Shown here: positions 12,278 through 23,200 of the stretch, piece after piece
Numbering within the stretch: position 1 is the stretch's first letter
Layout: every line of letters starts with the position of its first letter
Assembly: GCA_043228905.1 (NCBI GenBank)
Contig: JBHGNT010000005.1
Span: 13,578,001 to 13,642,000 of the forward strand
Source: Azolla caroliniana
Lineage: Eukaryota > Plantae > Polypodiophyta
DNA length: 64,000 bases
Direction of reading: 5' to 3'
The notes under the pieces: model-generated
What the model saw: only the letters and a program-made list of their open reading frames with translations
Told to the model about the DNA's origin: nothing
The model's database searches: none
Translations under genes and position numbers: made by a program

Positions 12278-15200
12278 GGGGGAGATAGTGTCATGGCAAG
12301 ACTCGAACCCATGACTTTATGCTACATGGGTCGAGCTCTTACCATTAGATTAGGAATTGTATTTTGTAGGATATTATTTTCATTTATACTTTATCATAGA
12401 AAATTGATGTATATTCCAGATCTCTCTGGAACATTCTAGAAGCTTCAGGATTATTCCTAAAAACACTATAAAAGGAGGCACAAGGCATTGTTTTGAACCA
12501 AATTGGTTCAACGCCAGTCTTAAGCCTCTTAGCCGCTTGTACTTATCTTTTCACATAATATATAGCTGCTGTCATCATCTCTCTCATTCTCGCTATCTCT
12601 CTCTCTCTCCTCTTCTCACTTCCTCTCTCGGGAATCTTACGCAGTCCCGTCCTCTTAGTACTAATAGTACTGCTGTTCTTAGTACTAATTCCATCTCTGT
12701 TTTAGTACTATTCCTGACAGATTCGGATGAAGAGCAAAAGCCCGAATCGGATTCGGATGAAGTGCAGATAGAGGAGCCGGTTACTGAAGCCCAAGGACAC
12801 AGATATCCTCTCAGAGAGAGAAGGCCCCCCGGGAGATTTTCGGATCCAGAGCACGTGTTGCTAACTGATGAGGGGGAGCTAGAAAGCTTCGAGGAAGCTA
12901 AAAGTGACACCCATAGCCACAAATGGTTAAGTGCCATGCAGGATGAGATGGATTCCCTGCATGAGAACCATATGTACAAATTGGTGGAGTTGCCGAAAGG
13001 AAAGCGGGCACTCCAAAACAAGTGGGTGTACAAGTTGAAACCGGGAGATGCCGGCAACCCCCCGAGATACAAAGCCAGGATCGTGGTGAAGGGGTTCCAG
13101 CAGAAGAAGGGTGTGGACTTCGACGAGATATTTGCCCCGGTAGTAAAGATGACTTCCATCTGGACGGTGTTGAGTATAGCGGCAAGCATGGACCTCGAGG
13201 TAGAGCAGCTGGACGTGAAGACGACATTCCTTCACGGTGACCTCGAAGAGGAGATCTACATGCAACAACCGGAAGGATTCGTGGAGAAAGGGAAGGAGCA
13301 CCTGGTTTGCCGGTTGAAAAAGAGCCTATACGGATTGAAGCAGGCTCCCCGACAATGGTACCGGAAGTTCGACTTCTTCATGACCGACCAAGGGTATCAC
13401 AAAACGCAAACCGATCACTGCGTGTTTGTGAAGAAGTTCGAAGGAGGCGACTTCCTAATACTCCTTCTGTACGTGGACGACATGTTCATCGTCGGACGGG
13501 ACCAAGCCAAAATACGGATGCTGAAGAAGGCTCTCAACCGAACCTTCTCAATGAAAGACTTGGGCCCGGCAAGATAGATACTGGGGATGCACATCATTCG
13601 GAACCGGTCAAAGAAGCAATTGTGGTTGGCATAGGAGAAATATGTGACAAAGGTGCTTCAGCGGTTCAACATGTTAGAAGCGAAACCGGTCGGATCGACA
13701 CTCCCGGCAAACTGCAGATTATCCGGTAAGCAAAGCCCGAAGAGGAAAGCAGAGAAGGCGGATATGGTGAAGGTTCCATATGCCTCTGCCGTCAGGAGCT
13801 TGATGTACACAATGGTGTGTACTCGGCCGGATATTGGATACGCAGTCGGAATGGTGAGCCAGTTTATGAGCAATCCTGGCAAGGAGCATTGGAATGTGGT
13901 CAAATGGATACTCCGACACTTGAAGTGCACTTCAAATATGTGTCTCCGATTCGGCTCCGGTAAACCTCAATTTGATGGTTTTACCGATTCGGACATGTCG
14001 ATTTATGTGGATACCAGCCGGTCTACATCCGGGTATGTAATGCAATATGCAAGGGGAGTTGTTTCATGGCAGTCGAGGCTGCAGAAGACGGTTGTGTTGT
14101 CAACCACGGAGGCGGAGTACATGGCGGCTGTGGAAGCCGGCAATGAAATATTATGGATGAAGGAATTCATCGGTGAGCTCGGTATCCGGCAAGATGAATA
14201 TCGGCTCTATTGCGACAGTCAAAGTGTCATCCACCTTGCTAAGAACGCAGCGTACCATTCCAGGACGAAGCACATCCAGCGTAGGTATCACTGGATCCGG
14301 GAGCGAGTAGAAAATCGAGAGTTTGCACTGACGAAGATCCACACAGCCGAGAACGGGTCAGATATGCTGACCAAAGTTCTGATACCCGACAAGTTGGATG
14401 CATGTCGGAAGCGGATCGGACTAGTAAGCCTTCCCATGCCGGAGTGAAGGGGGAGTTTGTTAGGAAATAGGTCCCTCCGGATGGGAAGTTAGGAGAACCG
14501 GATGTGGAGTACCCGACAACGGAAGACCCGGTGAGAACCAGATCTGGAGTACCCGGCAACGGAAGACCAGGTGAGAACCGGATGACGAGTACCCGGCAAG
14601 GAAGACCCGGTGAGAACTAGATGTTGCAAGCCCGGTGAGAACCTCGCATTGGATGGAAGGGACATATATGTAAATATGTTCCAGAGAGCCCAATCGGGCT
14701 ATATTTGTAAATAGCCCAAAAGTCATATTAGTATAAATATGACCTAGGGCAAACTTAATAGTGATGATGATAGAGTTATTGGTGTAACTTTTGTACAGTG
14801 TGTAAGAGAGAGAGAGCGATATACAGAGATCGTGTCTCTGTTGTAACCACCGTTAGGTGAAGATTGTGAGCAAGAGGTCGTTGCCTCTATGCTCCCTGTT
14901 GTATTACTTTATAGAGTGATAGTTTGGAGTCTGTGGACTCCAGTGGTTTTTCCCTCTGAGGGTTTTCCACGTTAATATCTTGTATATTCTTTTTCTGTTC
15001 GTGCACTTACCTCCATTCCCATTTTTTCTGTGTTCGATTGTTATCAAGTGATCTACACTTCGGTTGTGGCCGGAGATTATTCCGCATATTCCACGTCAGA
15101 ATCTAGATGCGATAAAAAAGTACATGCACATTGTTACCAGTTAAGGTGACACGGTGTCAAATCCTCAATCCTTCGGGCTTCGGCTCAAGGGTATTGTGGT

Positions 15201-15693
15201 TCAGGAATGGGAGAGTACGTCATAACCGTGATACGAGTAACTATACACTGAGCTTGTAAGTGTTAACTTAATCGTGGAGACTGTGGAGATTAGGAAGACG
15301 GCTACAACCAACTTCTATGCTATAGCGTACACAACGTATATGACTCAACATAGTAAATGAACTCGAAACGAAACAGATTCAAAGAGGTATGAGAACATAG
15401 AGAGTCTGGAAAACAAAAACTATATTGGAGATGTTGGATACAGAGTTATCACTAGCTAAATTACAAGTTTTCCATGCCCTTTAAATACAAGGTCACAGGG
15501 GGTTACGCTTGGCGTGTGAACCGTTACTTTTTCTTTAACATATTTATTACGCTTCGGCTGTCCCTACACTACAACTGTTACTCCCTCTTCATTATGTTAT
15601 GGCCCCACCCGTCTTCTTCGCTTGCCGTCACCATCCCTTTTTCTTTTCTCTTTCTTGAGCTTTCCCACTTGGCCGTGAAAGGCGGCCAACAGA

Positions 15694-15733
15694 TGGCACA
15701 CCTATGGGACAATGCTTGCATGGTCGAACCCAC
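15694..15733 (-). promoter_or_regulatory. tRNA-Arg 3'-end mimic at the PPT position of element C
   Basis: GTGGGTTCGA-CCATGCAAGCATTG-TCCCAT-AGGTGTGCCA, then TC, then LTR TGTTGGCC. Confidence 0.7.
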
Positions 15734-15747
15734 CAAAAGACCTTCAT

Positions 15748-16535
15748 TAGTCTTCAAAGATGTCCAGGATATTCAGCTCCAGACCATCCGTCTCCTCGAG
15801 AACTATGGTAGGTGATCCGGGTGTTGTCATGGTCTGCATCGTAGCCGTGGGTTTGAGGGGGCTCTGTTGTCTTAGTTTCAAGGGGGGCGGTATGTTCCGT
15901 CAGTTCTGGTGCAGGGAGGCTGGTGGGTTCTATCGGCTCCAGTTAAGCCTCTTGCGTTTGTTCTTCTTGAGGGCCTTCTTCTACTAGTTCCATAGTTGGT
16001 GTCTGTTCTTCATATAGCCCTTCTTCCGCATGTGCAAGTTCTCATGTCGGCTCTTCGTGCGGCATTTCTTGCATAGGGCCTTCAGTCGTATTTGCCGCCA
16101 TGGCGCATATGGAATCCGAGTGTGCATCCAAGGGTGGGTTCGGCGCCTTGGTGACCTCCGATTTCTCTTGGATTTCGACTAACTTCTCTTGGATTGTCTT
16201 CACGGCCTTTTGCCCCTTGGCCCGGATATTCGTCTCATGATCCGACGATTGTCAGAGTTCGGAGCGGAGTCTCTCGATCTCAATGTTAGCTATTTCCACC
16301 ACTTTTTTCGCTTTGGCCGCTATCGCCATGTGAGCTTCGACCTCCTGGTGGAGTTTTCGTAGTTCGGGTGTGGGCGAGGCTGCGGTGGTGGTTGAGGTTC
16401 TGGCTTCTTGTAGGCGGTGCTCCAATTCTGCGATGGTCTTTTGGGCCTCCTCAAATTGTTGCTTTGCATACTTTTCGGCCTTCTTCACCACCTTGTTCTT
16501 ACGAACAATATCCTTGGCTCCATTCCGCACCATGG
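15748..16535 (-). pseudogene. 3' extra ORF remnant of element C (coiled-coil, acidic C-terminus)
   Basis: Helical KKAEKYAKQQFEEAQKTIAELEHRLQEA region; ends LELNILDIFED* just before the tRNA mimic. Confidence 0.6.
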
Positions 16536-16544
16536 TGAGCTGGA

Positions 16545-17208
16545 AGTGCTCACACCCGACAAGCTGGAAGCGTGCCGGAAGAGGGTCGGACTGGAAAGAC
16601 ATCCCATGCCGAAGTGAAGGGGGAGTTTGTTGGGATTACGGTCTCTCCGGATGGGATGGTCGGATGTCCGGGAATCGGGAATGAAGACCCCGGCTACGGA
16701 GCCGGATGATGAAGACCCCGGCTACGGAGCCGGATGACGAATGTACCCGGAGAGAGATCCGGATGCGGGGACATATTTGTGAATATGTTTGCCAAGGGCC
16801 CTTGAGGCTATATTTGTAAATAGCCCGAAAGTCATATGTGTATAAATATGACTTAGGGCAAACAGTTTTGTTGTTGTTGCTCATTTTTCTGTTTTCCACT
16901 TAGGGGGAGCGAAGTGAGAGCAGCAGAGAGAGAGAGAAAGGAAGAGGTCGACGCCTCTGTGTAATACCGCCGCCTGTGGCGAGGACAGCGAGCTCAAGGT
17001 CGTCGCCTTGCAGCTCGCCATTGTACATTCCCTGCGTATAATGATAGTTGGAGTCTTGCACTCCCGTGGTTTTTCCCGTCTAGGGTTTTCCACGCTAAAC
17101 CCTGTGCATTCGAGTCTCTCTCTGTGTTTTCGATTTTCTGCTGCATTGATTCGTGTTTCCTCGGTTGTGGCCGAGAGGAGAAGGTTTTGAAAGCGTCAAT
17201 TTCTAACA
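16545..17208 (+). mobile_element. Copia A-family 3' fragment (RNase H end, PPT, 3' LTR 16628-17208)
   Basis: VLTPDKLEACRKRVGL*, PPT GAAGGGGGAG, TGTTGGG...CTAACA; 5' part deleted. Confidence 0.85.
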
Positions 17209-20200
17209 TATGCCTACCTACTAGGTTGGATCCGTAGGCCTCTAATAGCCTACCAGTTTAAATCTGATTCGACTCTTGGTTCCTAATATCATCTAGACAC
17301 AGATCCTGTTCTCTATTCCGGATACCGATCTAGCTCTGGCCTATTCAGCCGATCCGGATTTGGTTGAGCTTGCTCGCTCAACACTCCCCCTCAAACTCAA
17401 CTTGAGGTCGGATCATGGTGTCAGTTTCTAAAGTAGCTGGTCCTTTCCTCCGGCTCCTTCTAACGTCCTCCCGCCATGCTCGCGCTCCTCATCCAATCCG
17501 GTTCCGCTTCCCGCGACCCATCTGATTCTCCGCTCCTCGACCTCCTTGGTCGGCTTGTCTGCTCAGCAGGCCCATCTCAGCTCCTTCACTACTATGACTC
17601 TGGCGCTTGTCGACCCATCGGTTCCTCCGTATTGGTGTCAACTTCCGCTGCCTTCTCGTCCGCTTGGCCTTTAGTTAACCCGGTTCTTTTGAATCCAACT
17701 GTTGAACCGGCTCTTCCGAATCTGGTTCCTTCAATTCGTTCCAAGTCTTGTCCGAGTTGGTAGTCTCCAACTCGTCTTCTGTTTTCAGGCCCTTCAGCAC
17801 ATCGGACCACGTCCGGGTCTTGGCCTTCTTCCGGTCGGCTCTGTCCTTCTTGACTCTGTCGCCGCTATCGCTTGGTCCGACTTGTGTGGTTGGCTTGGCT
17901 TCCTTTATTTGCTCATCTTCCCCCTTGGTTTTTTCTTCCTCTCCAGCTCCTTCTCCGGTGCCATCCGTTCCCGTTCTTGTTCTCCCCCTCACGTGCGGCA
18001 CATCGAGATGTTGGATGCTAAGTATCTCCGAAAAATGCTACAACTTTTCCGATCTGAGCGGCTTGGTGAAGACATCGGCAACCTGCCGATCCGTGTGAAC
18101 ATACCGAAGCTCAACTTCACCGCTTAGGACCCGCTCACGAACAAAGTGATAATGCACTTCTATTTGCTTTGTCCAAGCATTGAATACATGGTTCTGGGCG
18201 AGCTGTATGCTACTGACGTTGTCACAATAAATCAAGATCGGGGTCGACACCTCGATCCAGAGGTCTCGCAATAGTCGCCGAAGCCAGATGGCTTCATAGG
18301 TGGCAATGGTAGTGCCCTGGTATTTAGCCTCAGTGCTCGACAAAGCCACTGTTGGCTATTTTTTGTTGCTCCACGCAACAGCTGAGCTACCAAGAGAAAA
18401 CATGTAACCGGAGGTGGATCAGCGATTTGATGTATCACTAGCCCAGTCGGCATTGGTATATCCGACTAGCTTCCCAGTTATACCGTGTTGGTATAATAGA
18501 CCTTGGTCCTTCGTGTCACTAACATACTAGAGTATCCGGTGTGTGCACTATAGGTGCTCGACGGTTGGCTTCTGCATGAACTGGCTGATCACCCCGACTG
18601 GATAATTGATGTCGGGTTGGGTGATTGTCAAGTATATAAGGTTTCTGACAATTTGTTAGGAACCATTTCTCATCACAGGTCGGGCCGGAGTCGAGACGTA
18701 GCTTCAGGTTTCGGTCCAGGGGTGTGGAGATCGGTCGGCATTCCGTCATGCCGAACTTGTACAACATATTTAGCACATAGTGGCTTTGTGAGAGCAATAT
18801 TCCATCGGGGGTTTGGATCACCTCGATCCCAAGAAAATAATCAAAGTCCCCCAGGTCCTTCATTTCAAATGCGTCTGACTACTAGGACTTCACTCTGCCG
18901 ATTTCATCCAGTCTGGGTCTGGTGATGACTAAATCATCAACATATAGCAGGATACAAACCAAACCGTCCGGACCTTTCCGGATGAATAGGGACGAGTTGG
19001 ACTTTGTGGCCGCAAACCCCATCTTACGCAACCGATGCATGATCTTGGAATTCCAAGCTCGGGTGGCTTCCTTCAGACCATAAAGTGACTTCTTGAGTCG
19101 ATATACTGCCGACTTGTTCATCTTCAATTGGAAACCGGGGGGTTGGATCATATAGTGTAAAAAGTATCGTGCGGAAGCAAGTATAAAGACAGAACAGAAG
19201 GAAGAACACTGAGGTTTAATGGAGAGCTTGAGCTTATATAGTATATATGGGAGAGACCGAGAGAGTGAGTGAGAAGACACCAAAAGAGAATGTGTGTATA
19301 TGTTCAAAAGAAAAAGAAAAACAACCACAACATATATGTGTTCAATGAACACTTTGTACAAGTCCTAGGAGGACTGACCGAAGTACTGATAGTACTTCAA
19401 TGCTCATTAAGAGCTCTTACATTAGCTCCCAAATATATTCCTCACGGAATATCTTTCCTAACGGCCTAACCGATCGGTCCCAACCGATCCGGTCCTCGGC
19501 TTCTTCAGCCGATCCGGCTGATGTTGAGCTTGTCTCTCAACACTCCCCCTCAAGCTCAACTTGAGGCTCTTCGGGATCTTCACAACTCTGGTTCCTCTTG
19601 GCTTCACGCCTTGCTCGCGCTCCTCGACCTGTTCGACTCCGCGCGCTTCGACCCTTCCGGTCGGCTTGTCTGCTCATGTGGCCCTTATCAGCTCTTCTGT
19701 TGTTGCGGTGCCGACACTTTTTCTACTGCCTTTTCTTCCGCTTGGGCCTCGGTTGATTCAACGTGTCTGAATCAAACATCCAAACCGACTCGGCTACCTC
19801 CGATCGGTTTTCGCTCTCGTTCGAGTTGGCTGTCTCCAACTTGTATTCAGTTTTCTCGCCCTCGATGGCGTCATCTCCCCCATGCGTGGTTGGCTTCGGC
19901 TCTCTCCTTCGGCTGCTCCCCTTCTGTCCGCTTCCGGACTTTTCCGCGGGTCCGCCCTCGGCTTCTTCAGCCGATCCGAAGTCGAACTTGTCAACCGACT
20001 CGGTGTCGCGGACAACCGACTCGGTATCGCGGTCTCCGCTCCTTTCCTGCTGCCTTGCTTGGTCGATCGGGACTGTTCTCCCCCTCAAGTTCGGCACATC
20101 GAGGTGACGCAACCCGAGCGCACCTGAGAATTGCCGCAACTTGTCCAAACCAAGAGGCTTTGTGAAGATGTCGGTAGTCTGCCAATCCCTCGGTACGTAT

Positions 20201-23200
20201 TGAAGTTCGACTTCACCGGAAAGGACACGCTCACGGACGAAATGGTAGTGCACCTCAATGTGCTTGGTCCGTGCATGGAAAACGGGGTTCCTCGTGAGCT
20301 GGATGCTGCTGAGGTTGTCGCAGTAGATCGTCGTCGAATCTGACACCTCCGCTTGCAGGTCCTTAAGTAGCCGCTTCAACCATATGGCTTCGCATGTCGC
20401 GATAGCCGCTCCTCAGTACTCAGCTTCGGTGCTCGACAGTGCAACTATCGGCTGTTTCTTACTGCTCCACGCGATCGCGGCATTCCCGAGGGAGAACGAG
20501 TATCCGGACGTGGATCGGCGATCGGCGGCATTGCAGCCCAATCAGCATCGGTGTAGCCGACTAACTACGCGGCTGCACCGGTCCGATATAGCAGTCCTCA
20601 GTCCTTAGTGCCACTTACGTACCACAGTACGCGTTGCGCACACTAAAGGTGCTCCTCGGTAGGTCGCGCCATGAACTGACTGATCACCCCGACCGGATAA
20701 CTGAGGTCGGGTCGGGTGATGGTCAAGTATATGGGGCTTCCGACAATTTGTTGGAACCTCGTCGGGTCGCATACCTCTCCCGTATCGGGACGAAGCTTGA
20801 TGGTTCTGTCCAAAGGAGTCGAGACGGACTTACAATCGTCCATCTTGAGTTTGAAGAGCATACCCAGCACGTAATGACGTTGGCTGATCAATATGCCTTC
20901 GGGGGTACGGATCACTTCGATCCCGAGGAAGTAATGAAGGTCCCCTAGATCCTTCATATCGAACGATGCCGCAAGCTGGAGCTTCACGCAGTCGATTTCG
21001 CCTAGGTCGGCGCCAATGAATACTAACCGGTCCGAGTCGACCTTTCCGGATGAACAAGGAAGAGTCCGATTTTGATGTGACGAAGCCCATCCGACGCAGT
21101 TGTTGCATGATCTTCGCGTTCCAGGCACGCGGGGCTTGCTTCAGTCCGTAAAGGGACTTCTTCAGTCGACATACTGCCGAGGAGTTCGTTCAGGAGGGAA
21201 ATCCGGGGGGCTGTACGATGTACACTTGTTCCTCAAGGTCACCTTGCAGGAACGCATTCTTTACATCCATTTGATGTAGGTGTCACCCCTTGGTCGCGGC
21301 TACTGCGAGCAAAACATGGACGGTCGTTATTTTCGCGACCGGCACAAATGTCTCATCGTAGTCGATGTCGTGTTTCTGTGCGTAGCCCTTTGCCACTAGC
21401 CGAGCCTTGTACCGGTTGACCGAGCCATCGGTGTTGTACTTGACTTTGTACACCCACCTACACCCGATCGGTTTTACCCCTCTTGGTGTGTCAACCAGGT
21501 CCCAGGTCTCGTTCTCCGCCAATGCGTGCATCTCTTCCTCCATCGCGGCACGCCAATTCGCGTCTTTAGCCGCTTCTGCGTAGCTCTCTGGCTCACGCAC
21601 TTCCGCGACACGGGTCATGTACGCATAATGATGTGCCATGTACTCGTTGTATCCGAACCGCAAAACAGGATTCTTCTGGCGGGTAGATCGGCGTAATCTC
21701 TCATTAGCCGATGTCGAGGCCTTCTCGATCGACGCGGACTTCACTTTTAAAGACCCGTCACCGGTTCCCTCGAAGTCGGACTCGCGTCAGTCTGACTTGT
21801 TCCTATCCGTGCCGAAATCCGACGCCTTCTTCTTCCCTTTCTCTTTGCGTGTAAGCTGTCTCCTCGGCTTCCTGCACGGGGAATGTACGGCCGAGTCTCC
21901 ACTACTCGCCGGCTCTCTATCGGACTGGTCGTACCGACTCAGCCGTCCAATCGGTCCACTTAACCGGGGTGAAATCGGACTCTCTTCGCGGGTTTCGATT
22001 TCGGGCTCATCCGGAGGCATCTCAGCTTCGCTGACCTCATCGTCAGAGCTTGGATTGGAGTCGGGGTTCGTAGTCGAGGGCAGGTACCAGGACGCGGACT
22101 CATCAAACACAACGTCGCGGCTTACACGCGCTTGTTTGGTGCGAGGGTTATAGCACTTATAACCCTTCTGCTCGTCCGAGTAACCAACCAACCAAGATGC
22201 ATTTCTCGGCCTTTGCGTCTAGCTTCCTCCTTTTCTCCTTCGGTATATGCACATACGCAATGCTACCGAACACCGTTAAGTGTCATAAGTTCGGCTTCGT
22301 TCCGAAGTATAGCTCGTGCGCCGACACCTTGTCTCCGATCCTATTCTGGATGTATACCGCGGTCCTTACCGCCTCGGCCCAGTAGAACTTGGGCAAGCTC
22401 TTCTCCTCCAGCATTGCCCGTGCCGCTTCCACAACTGACCGATTCTTTCTCTCGGCCACGCCGTTCTGCTCCGGCGTGTATCTACAACTGAATTCGCGGC
22501 GAATTCCCATTTGTTGTAGGTAACCGTTGAATTGACCGGAAAAGTACTCTTTCCCGCCATCCGACCGCAGGCACTTGATCTTTCGTCCCGTTTCCGTTTC
22601 CACGAACCCTTTGAGGTCCCGGAAACAGTTGAAGACTTCAGTCTTCCTCTCAATGAGGTAGATCCACGTGTGCCGCGTGTGGTCGTCGATGAAGGAGACG
22701 AAATATCAGCTCCGGCCAAGACTAACGTTTTGTGCCGGCCCCCATACATCGGAGTGTATAAGGTCGAGCTTGTTCCGGCTCTAGTTTCGCTCGTTTGGGA
22801 AAGGAAGTCGGTGTTGCTTCCCGAGCTGGCAGGCTTCACAAATTTGTGCCTTTCGGCCACTAAATTTGGGCAATCCGAACACTACCTGTTTCGATTGCAA
22901 ATCTTGAAGCCGTTGGTGGTTGACGTGGCCTATCAGCTTGTGCCACAAGTCGATGTCCGACTCGGTTTTTTGTCCCTTCGCGAACATGGCTGTGGTGCTC
23001 GCGGCGAAAATCTTCTTCAGATTTTCCCACGCACCCTTCGGCGTCTTTGCATCCCGAACATAGCTCAATAGCTGTTCGCCCACACACGACGCAAAGCAGT
23101 ATAATACCCTGCTCGCCGATTGCTCCCATGACGGGAAGTCTCTGTGTGTCGATTCGGGTGCCGCGTCATTAGCTCCTTCGACATAACTCCAGTAGCCGTG

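Larger units (their letters stand above)
7052..12719 (+). mobile_element. Young Ty3/Gypsy chromovirus (Tcn1/Tf1-sushi type)
   Basis: 431-bp LTRs 7052-7482 and 12289-12719 with only two differences seen by eye; TSD GATTC; PPT AAGGGGGAGATAG before 12289; gag, PR-RT-RH-INT-chromodomain. Confidence 0.97.
3415..14447 (+). pseudogene. Copia A gag-pol, split into 3415-3973, 4616-5509, 6166-7051 and 12720-14447
   Basis: KLTGSNYSVW, CFYCGKPGHFQKNC knuckle, WVVDSRAS protease, LWHKRLCH, LVHTD..IDDHSR..RADNG..NGLAER integrase, YKARIVVKG, LYVDDM RT, SRTKHIQRRYH RNase H; in-frame stops. Confidence 0.93.
2781..15098 (+). mobile_element. Ty1/Copia LTR retrotransposon A (Tnt1-like), full length with three nested insertions
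   Basis: LTRs 2781-3383 and 14458-15098 (TG...CA); TSD GAATC (2776-2780 / 15099-15103); PBS TGGTATCCGAGC 3387-3398; PPT GAAGGGGGAG 14446-14455. Confidence 0.95.

Noticed and set aside
12537-13577. Novel 346-aa protein with a hydrophobic N-terminus fused to RT (similarly 6045-7202 and 39217-39933)
   Set aside because: Chance read-through from inserted LTR sequence, or from an off-frame segment, into the interrupted pol
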